The notes below the pieces were generated by a model. It was not told the DNA's origin, searched no databases, and saw only the letters and a list, made by a program, of their open reading frames with translations. A DNA stretch of 64,000 nucleotides, taken from positions 800,001 through 864,000 of the forward strand of contig CAXXVS010000001.1 in the NCBI GenBank assembly GCA_963674755.2, written 5' to 3'. Origin of the DNA: Desulfobacterales bacterium. Its GTDB lineage: Bacteria > Desulfobacterota > Desulfobacteria > Desulfobacterales > UBA5852. The position numbers and the translations under genes are program-made. Shown here piece by piece: positions 9,542 to 18,902 of the stretch. How positions within the stretch are numbered: the stretch's first letter is position 1; every line of letters starts with the position of its first letter.

Positions 9542-10360
9542 ATGAATCGTGAACCCCACGAGCGACTATCGCCGGCTGTCCGAGCCCAACTGAAACCGCG
9601 CTGGTCCGGCACCCTGGTCAATGGCACCATGGCCTTGATCCTGGCGACCCTGCTCGGGTTGTCCTACTACCCGGCCGAAATGAACAACTGGACCATGCTG
9701 TTTACGGATGCGGGCAACATGGCCGTGTTCATAGCCGACTTTCTGAAGCCCGACTTCAGCGACATCCGGATGTTTGTGGCCAAAATGCTCGAAACGGTCG
9801 AGATGGCGCTCTGGGGGACATTTCTCTCGACGCTTTGCGGGATCCCCTTTGCGCTGCTTTCTTCCAGCAACATCGCCCCCTTCTGGATCGTGCAGCCGGC
9901 GCGCCGCCTGATGGATGCGGCCCGCGCCATCAATGAACTGGTGTTTGCGATCCTGTTCGTGGCGGCGGTGGGATTGGGGCCCCTGGCCGGGGTCATGGCC
10001 CTGTTCGTCCATAACCTGGGTATCATCAGCAAATTGTTTTCCGAGGCCGTGGAGGCCATCGACCAGCGCCCCGTGGAAGGCATCCGTTCCACCGGCGCCG
10101 GCTATTTGCACGAAATCATCTACGGCGTCATCCCGCAGGTTCTTCCCCTCTGGACCAGCCTGACCCTCTACCGCTTCGAAACCAACGTCCGTTCGGCCAC
10201 CGTGCTGGGCATCGTCGGGGCCGGCGGCATCGGTTTCACCTTCTACGAGTCCTTCCGTGCCTTTCAATACCCCCGGGCCTCGGCGATCATCCTGGTCATC
10301 GTGGTTGCCGTAAGCCTGATCGACCTGCTCTCCGCCCGTCTGCGCAGGCGTTTGATTTAA
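9542..10360 (+). CDS. phnE: phosphonate ABC transporter permease
   Basis: RAINELVFA, GLGP.AGV.AL, KLFSEAVEAID, YRFETNVRSATVLG.VGAGGIG; start codon uncertain (9524/9542). Confidence 0.93.
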   Translation: MNREPHERLSPAVRAQLKPRWSGTLVNGTMALILATLLGLSYYPAEMNNWTMLFTDAGNMAVFIADFLKPDFSDIRMFVAKMLETVEMALWGTFLSTLCGIPFALLSSSNIAPFWIVQPARRLMDAARAINELVFAILFVAAVGLGPLAGVMALFVHNLGIISKLFSEAVEAIDQRPVEGIRSTGAGYLHEIIYGVIPQVLPLWTSLTLYRFETNVRSATVLGIVGAGGIGFTFYESFRAFQYPRASAIILVIVVAVSLIDLLSARLRRRLI

Positions 10361-10511
10361 AGCTTAGTGGCTCTATTTACAAATACGCTGACATTCAGCC
10401 GTCAATTCATCCTGCCGTACGGTGTTGCGCAAACACAGCCTATTCCGGATAGGCTTTAGTTTGCGCGCCTTGTCCGCCAGGCGACTTGACGACCTCATGA
10501 CGTCACCGTAT

Positions 10512-12659
10512 TCACGAACAGGACCATTTAGGCCCGCTTTCAAACAGGGCATCCACCACCACCGGCCGGCCATCACAGATGAGAATGGGGTTCAGGTCGA
10601 CGGCGGCGATTTGCGGAAAGTCCAGGGCCAGTTGCCCCAGGTTGACCAGGATGTCTGCCAAGGCCCGGCGGTCGACCGCGGGGCGGCCGCGGTGGGCCTC
10701 AAGGAGGGTCTGGGCGCGGATCGAGTCGATCTGGTCGAGGGCTTCGGATAGGGTGATGGGGGCCAAGCGCATGGCGGTATCCTGCAGGGCTTCGGCCCAG
10801 ATGCCGCCTAAACCGAACAGGAGACAGGGGGGGAACCCCGGTTGGCGGTGGATGCCGGCGATGAATTCCCGGTCGCCGGCTACCATTTCGCAGACCAGAA
10901 AGGCAGCGTCGGTCGTTTGCATTTGGATGGCGCGGCAGGCTTCCGCCACTTCTGCGGCCGTTGCCAGATTCAGGTGGACCAGTCCGTGTTCGGTTTTATG
11001 GGTCAGGTCCGGGTGGCAGCCTTTGAGCACGACGGGGTATCCCATGGCTTCGGCCGCGGCAACGGCATCCCCAGGCGATTCGGCCAGGGTTTCGCGGCAG
11101 GTCGGAATCCCGTAGGCCCGTAATACTGCTTTGGCCCGGAATTCATCCCATCCTGTCTCAAGAGCGTCATCCACCAGGCGCTGCGCCGCAGCAGGGATAG
11201 CTGTCGCTGTGACGATCGCGTCGTCAGCCCGCGACGCTATGGTGCGGTACCGCTGGAGGGTCGCCATGGCGGCCGCGACTTTTTCGGGGCTGTTAAAAAC
11301 CGGAATGCCCCCGTCCTGAAGCCGGCGGGCGGCCCGATCGTCTCGCCCGAAAAAAGAAGACGCGATGACCGGCTTGTTGAAACGCGCCGGCATTTGGATA
11401 AGATCGGCCACGTCGGCCTTCACGTTTTTGCGGAAATCCTCCTGGCTGATGTCGAAGATATTCTTGAACACCGGGTAGGCCAGGTCCGCCCAGCCGGTGT
11501 CCATGATGCCGTGAATCAGGAGGGCATCCACTTCATCCGAGGCGAGCAGGGCTTCGGGCAGGGTTCGGGTCATCAGGGTCATGTCCACATGGAAGGTCAG
11601 ATCCACCGGATTGGCCGTACTGGCATGCCCCGGCAGCAGGGCCTGGAGTTTCTCCTGCAGGGTGGCGCTAAAGGTCGGCACCGTCATACCCATGCGGTCC
11701 AGCGTATCGGCCATGGCCGTACCGGGGCCGCCGGAATTGGTCAGGATGGCAACCCGCTTGCCGGCCGGCAGGGGCTGGGTCGCCAGGACCTGTCCGAAAC
11801 GGTAGACATCTTCGATGGATTGGACCCGGATCACACCGGCCTGCCGGAAAAGCCCGTCGTAGATCTCATCCGATCCGGCCAGGGCGCCGGTGTGGCTGGA
11901 TCCCGAACGGGCGCCGGCGTCACTTCCGCCGACGTATTGGGCAATGATGGGTTTGCGGCGTGTAATGCGGCGGGCCGCTTCAAGAAAACGCGCGGGCCGT
12001 CGAATGCATTCGATGTACATCCCGATGGCCTTGGTATCCGGGTCATCGGCCATATAGTCAAGGACATCCACCAGATCGATGCTGGCTTCGTTGCCGACAC
12101 TCACGGCCTTGTCGAGGCGTACGCCCCGTTCGTGGAGATAGCGCAGGGTCTGGGTGATATAGGTGCCGCTCTGGGAGATCAGGCTGAGGCCGCCAGGGGG
12201 CGATACCAGGGGCGCGGCCGTCACATTCAGGGGCAGGCGGGTGTTGACCAGTCCCATGCAGTTGGGGCCCAGGAAGCGCAGTCCATGGGCGTCGGCGGCC
12301 TCCATGAGCGCGGCCTCCCGGGCTTGCCCGTCTTGGCCGGTCTCCTTGAACCCGGCCGTGATGATCACGGCGTGGCGGGTGCCCAAGGCTCCGAAGCGTG
12401 CGATCATGTCCGGCACCAGGCGACCGGGCACCACCAGCATGGCCAGATCGGGAACTTCCGGCAGATCTTCGATACGCGGGTAGGCTTGGGTGCCGAAAAC
12501 GTGGCTCTCGGTGGGATGGATAGGGTAGATCGGACCGGGAAAACCGCTGTGGCGCAGGTTGAGGAACTGGATCGTGCCCATTTTGAAGGGATTGTTGCTG
12601 GCGCCTGCGATGGCGATGGAACGGGGGCACATGATGGTCCGGAGAGGATTGGTCGGCAT
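10512..12659 (-). CDS. ADP-forming acetate/acyl-CoA ligase (fused alpha/beta)
   Basis: CoA-binding N-terminus (PRSIAIAGAS), GPNCMG, SQSG, SHTGALAG phosphohistidine motif, NPVDL, ATP-grasp with HKTE and DLNP. Confidence 0.9.
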   Translation of the reverse strand: MPTNPLRTIMCPRSIAIAGASNNPFKMGTIQFLNLRHSGFPGPIYPIHPTESHVFGTQAYPRIEDLPEVPDLAMLVVPGRLVPDMIARFGALGTRHAVIITAGFKETGQDGQAREAALMEAADAHGLRFLGPNCMGLVNTRLPLNVTAAPLVSPPGGLSLISQSGTYITQTLRYLHERGVRLDKAVSVGNEASIDLVDVLDYMADDPDTKAIGMYIECIRRPARFLEAARRITRRKPIIAQYVGGSDAGARSGSSHTGALAGSDEIYDGLFRQAGVIRVQSIEDVYRFGQVLATQPLPAGKRVAILTNSGGPGTAMADTLDRMGMTVPTFSATLQEKLQALLPGHASTANPVDLTFHVDMTLMTRTLPEALLASDEVDALLIHGIMDTGWADLAYPVFKNIFDISQEDFRKNVKADVADLIQMPARFNKPVIASSFFGRDDRAARRLQDGGIPVFNSPEKVAAAMATLQRYRTIASRADDAIVTATAIPAAAQRLVDDALETGWDEFRAKAVLRAYGIPTCRETLAESPGDAVAAAEAMGYPVVLKGCHPDLTHKTEHGLVHLNLATAAEVAEACRAIQMQTTDAAFLVCEMVAGDREFIAGIHRQPGFPPCLLFGLGGIWAEALQDTAMRLAPITLSEALDQIDSIRAQTLLEAHRGRPAVDRRALADILVNLGQLALDFPQIAAVDLNPILICDGRPVVVDALFESGPKWSCS

Positions 12660-12694
12660 ATCTCGTCCTTTAGTCCTTTAATGGAAAGCATTTC

Positions 12695-13028
12695 GCCGCA
12701 GATGGGTACCGATAAAATGCTTAAGACATTTCACCACGAAGATCACGAAGATCAAGAGGAAATGATTAGTGGGCATTAATGAATACAAATGACGCAGATA
12801 AATGTGAACTAACCAAAAAGCATTTACCATGAAGGGCATGAAGGTTATGAAGATATCAATTTGTCGGGGACAAATTAATAAAAGATAATTCTATTAGTGA
12901 TATCTTCGTGTCCATTGCGGTCTTCTTCGTGGTGATTTTTTAAGCTATGTTTCGCTTTCATGTCCTTCATGAACTTCATGGTAGAAGGAGTTTCTGAAGT
13001 AACCTGCGCCTATCCGCGTCGATCTGTT
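12695..13028. repeat. composite periodic inverted-repeat element, module order C-A-C-B-D-A'-B'-C'
   Basis: A caccacgaagatcacgaag ~12732; B accatgaagggcatgaaggttatgaag ~12826; D atcaatttgtcggggacaaatt ~12855; A' cttcgtggtga ~12925; B' ttcatgtccttcatgaacttcatggta ~12957. Confidence 0.85.
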
Positions 13029-13034
13029 TTCCTG

Positions 13035-13751
13035 TTATAAGATTCCCTTGCCGTTACGGGTTGAAGCAGGATCCAGGCGATGGTAGGCCATTACGAATTC
13101 CACCACGAAATCGGCATACTGATCCACTTCCGTGTGGTGTTTGGCATATTTCCAGCGCTTGACATACCAGTCCTGCAGGAGCGCCTTGATGCCGCTGGCG
13201 CTCTGCCGGGGATCGCGGGGTGCAAAGCGCCGGGCCTCCTGACCCTCCTTAAGGATGTCGGCCAGGAGTTGATCGGTATAGAGTTCGCTGGCAATGGTCT
13301 TCTCTTTTTCCTTGGGGCTCATGTTTTTGGCTTCCATGAAGGAAAAATAAAACCAGGGCTGCAGGGCTTCGCTGAGATAGATGTGGACCCGGATGGCGGT
13401 TTCCAGTTTGGCGACCGGATCGCTGATGGGGTGGATATGCTCCTCGAGTAAGCGCTGCACCAGGCGTCGCCCCTGCCGCAGGATCATGTCCAGCAACTCG
13501 TCTTTGCTGGCGAAATAGGAATACAGGGCCCCCATGCTGAGGCCGGTTTCTTTGCTGAAATCCCGCATGCTCATGGCCTGAAACCCTTTTTCGTTGCTGA
13601 TTTTCAGGGCGGCATCAAAGATGCGGGCCAGGTTGCGGATGACGGTTGCTTCCTTCTTGACCTGAATCCGGTCCCGGTAGGCCTGGTAGATCTCCTGGTA
13701 GAGATGCTCCCTGGAGATGGCGATGGTTTGCTGAAATTCCCGGTAGTTCAT
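13035..13751 (-). CDS. TetR/AcrR family transcriptional regulator
   Basis: IFDAAL...KGFQAMSMRD.....GLSMGALYSYFASKDELL helix-turn-helix. Confidence 0.92.
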   Translation of the reverse strand: MNYREFQQTIAISREHLYQEIYQAYRDRIQVKKEATVIRNLARIFDAALKISNEKGFQAMSMRDFSKETGLSMGALYSYFASKDELLDMILRQGRRLVQRLLEEHIHPISDPVAKLETAIRVHIYLSEALQPWFYFSFMEAKNMSPKEKEKTIASELYTDQLLADILKEGQEARRFAPRDPRQSASGIKALLQDWYVKRWKYAKHHTEVDQYADFVVEFVMAYHRLDPASTRNGKGIL

Positions 13752-13764
13752 AAAAACCTTTGAT

Positions 13765-14190
13765 CCACTACAGATGCATATCGATTGGGCCTGCTAAAAA
13801 GCTGTTCACCACGAAGAGCACGAAGGGTACGAAGAAAAGCCAAATAGAGCACAGATTGAAACGGTTGACACAGATAAATGGGAAACCAAAAGACCATTTA
13901 CCATGAAGAGCATGACGGTCATGAAGATATCAATTTGTCAGGGGAAAATTGATAAATAAATTCTTTTAGAACCTATCTCAAAATTAGGATTTTCGTTTGA
14001 GACAAGGCTTCAACGCCGATATCGGGCGAAAAAACTTTTTTGAGATGGCTTCTAATGAAATCTTCGTGTCCCTCGTGCTCTTCGTGGTGATCGGTCCTTC
14101 TCTTTGGTTTTACCCTTCAGGCCCTTCATGAACTTCATGGTAGAAAGGGTTTTTACCTTTATCTGTGTTCATCTGCGTGCTTCATGGTAA
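13765..14190. repeat. second composite element with the same module order, interrupted by a family-E MITE
   Basis: A 13806-13834, C 13849-13878, B 13897-13926, D 13929-13953, A' 14062-14090, B' 14115-14142, C' 14158-14178. Confidence 0.85.
13967..14054. mobile_element. internally deleted, inverted copy of family-E MITE
   Basis: Reverse complement tagaagccatctcaaaaaag...atatcggcgttg...ccttg...aaaatcctaattttgagataggttcta matches both ends of 9119-9311. Confidence 0.75.
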
Positions 14191-14196
14191 TAAGGG

Positions 14197-16011
14197 TTAT
14201 CCGCCAAACGCTGCGTCTTCCATCGCCACCGCCGCATCCGAACAATCTTCGATGGCAGCCATTTTCCCGAGCGTTACCGGCAAAATGGTGCGGATGAAAA
14301 ATTCGGCGGTCTTGATTTGCCCCTCGTAGAAAGGCTGATCCTTTTTCTTGGCCTGCGCGAGGTTTTGCGCGGCCACGGTGGCGCGCCACAGAAGCATCCA
14401 GGCCATGATCACATCCCCCATGACCTCAAGGAATGGCACCGAATGGGAAAAGGCCGCCTTGATCTTGGGCGACATGGCGGTTTGCCCCAGGTGAAAGGCG
14501 ACCTGGCCGAGCCGGTCCACGGCCGCGTCAAAGCGCCCGGCCATGTCCGCGGTGGCTTCCTGGGCCTTGGCGACCTCGGCGGCTTTTTTCATCCGGCCCA
14601 GGAAGTCCATGTAAACCGTGCCCTTTTTCTGGCCCAGCTTGCGCCCCAGCAGATCGAGGGCCTGGATGCCGGTGCAGCCCTCGTAGATGGTGGTAATTTT
14701 GCAGTCCCGGGCAATGGCCTCCATGGGGTAGTCTTTGGTATAGCCGGCCCCTCCGAATACCTGAATGCCCTGCACGCAAACCTCGTAGCCGCGCTCGCTG
14801 CCATAGCCCTTGATGATGGGCGTCAGCAACCCCAGCAGGTCCATCAAGCGGGTCTGCTCTTCTTCGGAATCGGCCACTTTGGCCCGATCGGTCAGGTTCC
14901 AACAGTAGTAGATCAGCGCCCGCAGTCCTTCCACATGGGCTTTCATCCACAGGAGGCTGCGGCGGATGTCGGGGTGACGGATAATGGCCACAGACTGGGC
15001 GTCGCGATTCTTGAAATCGTCCAGATCGCGGCCTTGGATGCGTTTGCGGGCATAGTCCAGCGCATAGCAATAGGAGGTGGAGGCATAGGCCAGGGCTTGC
15101 AGGCCGGTTCCCAGGCGGGCGCCGTTCATCATCTGGAACATGATTTCCATGCCCTGGCGCTCCGATCCAAGGAGGTAGCCGATGCATTGGCCCTTGGTTC
15201 CCAGGGCCATGCTGCAAGTGGCGCTGGCGTGGATGCCGTGCTTTTCTTCCACACCGGTACAGACGATATCGTTGCGTTCCCCCAGACTGCCGTCCGGGTT
15301 GACCATAAACTTGGGGACGATGAAGATGGAGATGCCCTTGGTGCCCTTGGGGTCGCCCTCGATACGGGCCAGCACCGGGTGGATGATGTTTTCCACAAGG
15401 TCATGTTCGCCGTTGGTGATGAAGATTTTGTTGCCGGTCAGGGAATAGGTGCCGTCCGGGTTGCGGGCGGCAGTGGTGGTGAGAGCCCCCACGTCCGAGC
15501 CGGCGTCCGATTCGGTGAGCAGCATGGTGCCCCCCCATTTTCCGGTGTAAAGATTTTTGAGGTAGGTCTTTTTCTGTTCTTCAGTGCCGTAGTTCTCGAT
15601 CATGTAGCCGGTGCCGACCCCCATGGAGCCATAGGAGCTGATGGCCCAGTTGGCGCCCATGAGATATTCGTCCACAGCGACCGCCAACGAATGGGGCAAG
15701 CCCTGGCCGCCGTATTCGGTATCCATGGCCGGGGCCGTCCATTCGCTCTCCAGATAAAGTTGATGTACCCGGTGGAAGCTTTCCGGCACCTTGACGGTGC
15801 CGTTGCCCTCGTAACGCACACCGATGCGGTCGCCCTCCTCGTAGGTCGGCAGCATTTCCTTGATGGCAAACCGCCGGCCTTCGCTGAGGATCAGGTCGAA
15901 GGTTTTGCGGTTGAATTCCTTGAAGAGGTCCGCCTGGGTCAGGTTTTCGATGTCAAGCAGCTCGTAGAGGACGAAGTCGATGTCCCGTCGGTCGGCGATG
16001 AGTTGGGCCAT
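14197..16011 (-). CDS. acyl-CoA dehydrogenase (long, about 600 aa type)
   Basis: YGGQGLP, GTMLLTESDAGSDVG, GNKIFITNGEHD, GISIFIVPK, MNGARL, QVFGGAGY, IYEG.TGIQALDLLGRK. Confidence 0.93.
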   Translation of the reverse strand: MAQLIADRRDIDFVLYELLDIENLTQADLFKEFNRKTFDLILSEGRRFAIKEMLPTYEEGDRIGVRYEGNGTVKVPESFHRVHQLYLESEWTAPAMDTEYGGQGLPHSLAVAVDEYLMGANWAISSYGSMGVGTGYMIENYGTEEQKKTYLKNLYTGKWGGTMLLTESDAGSDVGALTTTAARNPDGTYSLTGNKIFITNGEHDLVENIIHPVLARIEGDPKGTKGISIFIVPKFMVNPDGSLGERNDIVCTGVEEKHGIHASATCSMALGTKGQCIGYLLGSERQGMEIMFQMMNGARLGTGLQALAYASTSYCYALDYARKRIQGRDLDDFKNRDAQSVAIIRHPDIRRSLLWMKAHVEGLRALIYYCWNLTDRAKVADSEEEQTRLMDLLGLLTPIIKGYGSERGYEVCVQGIQVFGGAGYTKDYPMEAIARDCKITTIYEGCTGIQALDLLGRKLGQKKGTVYMDFLGRMKKAAEVAKAQEATADMAGRFDAAVDRLGQVAFHLGQTAMSPKIKAAFSHSVPFLEVMGDVIMAWMLLWRATVAAQNLAQAKKKDQPFYEGQIKTAEFFIRTILPVTLGKMAAIEDCSDAAVAMEDAAFGG

Positions 16012-16049
16012 TGTAATAATTCCTTTTCTGTTAAAATTCAAACGGCAGT

Positions 16050-16465
16050 TACCACGAATATCACGAAGTAAACCGATTTTTTAGTTAGAGATTAAAGCTG
16101 ATAGGCAGAGAAAAAGCGATTACCATGAAGGTCATGAAGAAATCAATTTGTCTGCAACAAATTGATTAAATTACGTTGTGTCCCTTTGTGCTTATCGCGG
16201 TGAATAACTATTTTAATTGGTTTTTACCTTCATGTTCTTCATGTACTTCATGGTAAACATCTTTAGATTTACATCTTTTGATCTTCTTCGTGTACTTCGT
16301 GCTCTTCGTGGTGAATAACTATTTTAATTCGTTTTTCCTTCATGTTCTTCATGCACTTCATGGTAAACATCTTTAGATTTACATCTTTCGACCTTCTTCG
16401 TGTACTTCGTGCTCTTCGTGGTGAAATATTTTTTTAATGGTTTTCCCTACATTTTCTTCACGGTA
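16050..16465. repeat. periodic repeat cluster A-B-D-A'-B' with a ~110-bp tandem duplication
   Basis: D aatcaatttgtctgcaacaaattgatt 16141-16167; the block ggtgaataactattttaatt...cttcatggtaaacatctttagatttacatctt...cttcgtgtacttcgtgctcttcgtg occurs twice in tandem. Confidence 0.85.
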
Positions 16466-16487
16466 GACAACTTTTAGTTTTCTTCTT

Positions 16488-17198
16488 TCAACGATAGGTC
16501 AGCAACGTCGGGTCGCCCTGGAGTTCAAGCCCCGCCACGTCGTTGAAGCCCACCAAGGTCATTTCCCTCGTGTTGTAGCGAAAGCGGGTCACCGAGGCAT
16601 TCATGACCTGCCAGGAAAGGCTGATGCAGCGGTCATCGGGCATGCCGGTGGCCAATTGCACGGCCACGGCGATCGGACCGGCCGAAGAGAAGAGCATCAC
16701 GTTTTTGCCCGAGCCTTCCTGGTGCATGATGTGGTTCAAGCCATTGATGATGCGGGTGCGGAAGGCCTGCCAGGATTCGATGTCCGATTGGTTGTATTCG
16801 CCTTTGACCCAACGGTGAACGATGCGGGCAAATACTTTCTGGAATGCTTTCGGATCTTGTACCAGACGGCTTTCATCCAGGTCCGGTTGTTCGTTTTCCC
16901 GCGCCATTTGTGGGAAAAACCGCTGCCACACCCCTTCGGAGTCGTATTCGTTGAGAGCCGCAGTTGCGATGGGTGCCGGAAGGTGCCGATGGCTATCCGC
17001 AAACACATCTGCCATGGCTTGGAAGGTTTGTTTCTGGCGGTCCATTGCACCGGTATAAGCGGCATCAAAGCCGATTCCCAACCCCTTCAAGTGCCGGGCA
17101 ACCATACGGGCCTGGCGATAGCCGGTAGGCGAAAGTTGATCATAGTTTTCGCGGCCGAAAGAAGCTTGGCCGTGGCGGATGATATAGAGGGTGCTCAT
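16488..17198 (-). CDS. histidine phosphatase (phosphoglycerate mutase-like) family protein
   Basis: LYIIRHGQASFG..NYDQLS motif, LNEYD, NASVTRF. Confidence 0.9.
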   Translation of the reverse strand: MSTLYIIRHGQASFGRENYDQLSPTGYRQARMVARHLKGLGIGFDAAYTGAMDRQKQTFQAMADVFADSHRHLPAPIATAALNEYDSEGVWQRFFPQMARENEQPDLDESRLVQDPKAFQKVFARIVHRWVKGEYNQSDIESWQAFRTRIINGLNHIMHQEGSGKNVMLFSSAGPIAVAVQLATGMPDDRCISLSWQVMNASVTRFRYNTREMTLVGFNDVAGLELQGDPTLLTYR

Positions 17199-17338
17199 GA
17201 CTGTCCGGGGAAGCCTTTGGCGGGACGATGTTGCTTCCGGGCTTCCGGTTTGGCTTCGTTTAAAGTTGAATTTATCGCGCTTTAAGCGGGCGTCTGCCGC
17301 TGCCACGTTCAATGAGATATGGCAGAACCCCATCACGG

Positions 17339-17400
17339 TGTCAATATAAAACGAACGCTCGTTCTATAAAGATTGACATCAAACGATGTTTTGGTCTATC
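17339..17400. promoter_or_regulatory. divergent sigma70-like promoters with an intervening TetR-type palindrome
   Basis: TTGACA on - (17339-17344) and on + (17373-17378); near-palindrome gaacgctcgttc at ~17353-17364 between them. Confidence 0.5.
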
Positions 17401-17418
17401 CAACAAATAACAGATAGT

Positions 17419-17566
17419 TCACCATGAAGGACATGAAGATCATGAAGTGTAGCCAAAAAACCAAATGACTATCCACTCGAAAATGAGGTCCAGACTGGTT
17501 TCTGATTAAATTTTTCAATTTGTCTAAGACAAATTGAAATCTTCATGACCTTCATGCTCTTCATGG
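17419..17566. repeat. periodic repeat cluster B...D-B'
   Basis: caccatgaaggacatgaagatcatgaag; ttcaatttgtctaagacaaattgaa; cttcatgaccttcatgctcttcatgg. Confidence 0.85.
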
Positions 17567-17603
17567 AAGCTTTATTATTGTTGAGGTTTTCTAAAGACGC
17601 CCT

Positions 17604-18689
17604 ATGCACACTTATGAGAACAGCTTTGTCATCAAGGCCGGGCCCAGGGCTCTGGCCCTGATCCGCGACGAGGGGCTGCGGCCGGAACGCGTCCGGGTAT
17701 TGGCCGGGGCGGCCGGCGGTCCCAAATGGCTGGTGCTCTATCACCTGGACCGCCTGTTGTTTGCACACTTTTTCCAAGTGCGCCGCAACCCGCTGCATCT
17801 GATCGGCTCCTCCATCGGTGCCTGGCGGTTTGCGGCCCTCAGCCAGAAGGATCCCCTGGCGGCCCTGGATCGTTTCAAGGACGCCTATATCCACCAGACC
17901 TACGCCACCGCGCCCACCGCGGCCGAGGTCACGGCGGAAAGCCGCAAGGTGATGGACGGCTATCTCCCCGATGAGGTGATTCCTGAGATTCTTCGTCATC
18001 CCTGGTGCCGTATCAATATGGTAACAGTGCGCTGCCGCCACTTGGTCGCCCTGGAGAACAAGCCCGGCATGGCGGTGGGGCTCGCCGGCGCCGTGATGGC
18101 CAATCTGATCGCCAGGCGGCATCTGGACCTTTTCTTTGAAAGGACCCTGTTCCATGATCCGCGGGATCTACCGCCGATAGCAGAGCGCGATACGATTCCC
18201 TTTGTACACAATCCCCTGCGTGCGGAAAATTTCAAGGATGCTCTCCTGGCATCCGGTTCCATTCCGCTCGTGATGTCCGGTGTTTCCCATATTGAGGGAG
18301 CACGCCCGGGTATCTATCGGGACGGCGGCATGATCGATTATCACATGGATTTGCCCTATCGCTTGCCCGACGACGAGATCGTGCTGATGCCCCACTATAC
18401 CGACCGCATCGTCCCCGGCTGGCTCGACAAACAACTCAGCTGGCGCAAACCCGCTGCCGATCATATGGCCAACGTGGTCATGGTGGCGCCCACAAAAGCA
18501 TTCGTCCAGCAATTGCCCAATGCCAAGATTCCGGACCGGACGGATTTCAAACTCTATTTTAAAAAAGACCGGGAGCGGTTTGAAGCCTGGGATAAAACGG
18601 TTGAAATGTGCCGTCCGCCGGCCGAGGCCTTCATGGAGCTGGTCGCCTCCGGGCGCATCAAAGAAAAGGTGCAACCGATGGAATTTTAA
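17604..18689 (+). CDS. patatin-like phospholipase family protein
   Basis: GAAGGPKW oxyanion loop, GSSIG nucleophile elbow, ASGSIP, YRDGG. Confidence 0.88.
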   Translation: MHTYENSFVIKAGPRALALIRDEGLRPERVRVLAGAAGGPKWLVLYHLDRLLFAHFFQVRRNPLHLIGSSIGAWRFAALSQKDPLAALDRFKDAYIHQTYATAPTAAEVTAESRKVMDGYLPDEVIPEILRHPWCRINMVTVRCRHLVALENKPGMAVGLAGAVMANLIARRHLDLFFERTLFHDPRDLPPIAERDTIPFVHNPLRAENFKDALLASGSIPLVMSGVSHIEGARPGIYRDGGMIDYHMDLPYRLPDDEIVLMPHYTDRIVPGWLDKQLSWRKPAADHMANVVMVAPTKAFVQQLPNAKIPDRTDFKLYFKKDRERFEAWDKTVEMCRPPAEAFMELVASGRIKEKVQPMEF

Positions 18690-18695
18690 AAGAAT

Positions 18696-18898
18696 TCACC
18701 ACGAAGAGCACGAAGAACACGAAGAGTTCAACAGCCGAAAAGCAAGAAAGACATCGATCCACCATGAAGGACATGAAGCACATGAAGGGGAGAAGTCAAA
18801 AACAAAAATTTGAAAGCAGTGATTTTGCATAATCAGTGATCCTCTGTGAGAATCTGTGACTAAAGGAGCTTCACCGCGAAGGTCACGAAAAATGCGAA
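18696..18898. repeat. periodic repeat modules A-B-C'-A upstream of GxxExxY gene
   Basis: tcaccacgaagagcacgaagaacacgaag; accatgaaggacatgaagcacatgaag; tcaccgcgaaggtcacgaaaaatgcgaa ending 4 nt before the ATG. Confidence 0.85.
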
Positions 18899-18902
18899 TG
18901 AT

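Noticed and set aside
175..16071. Long antisense ORFs (175-1452, 5798-7102, 11394-12779, 14317-16071; likewise 25019-26221, 31107-32333, 61608-62777)
   Set aside because: Shadow frames opposite well-supported genes in GC-rich DNA
18520..18832. Short ORFs with HEEHEEHEE or MKDMKHMK peptides (also 20751-21025, 24692-24925, 62785-63303)
   Set aside because: Translations of the 9-nt periodic repeats, which stay open by construction; no RBS or family signal
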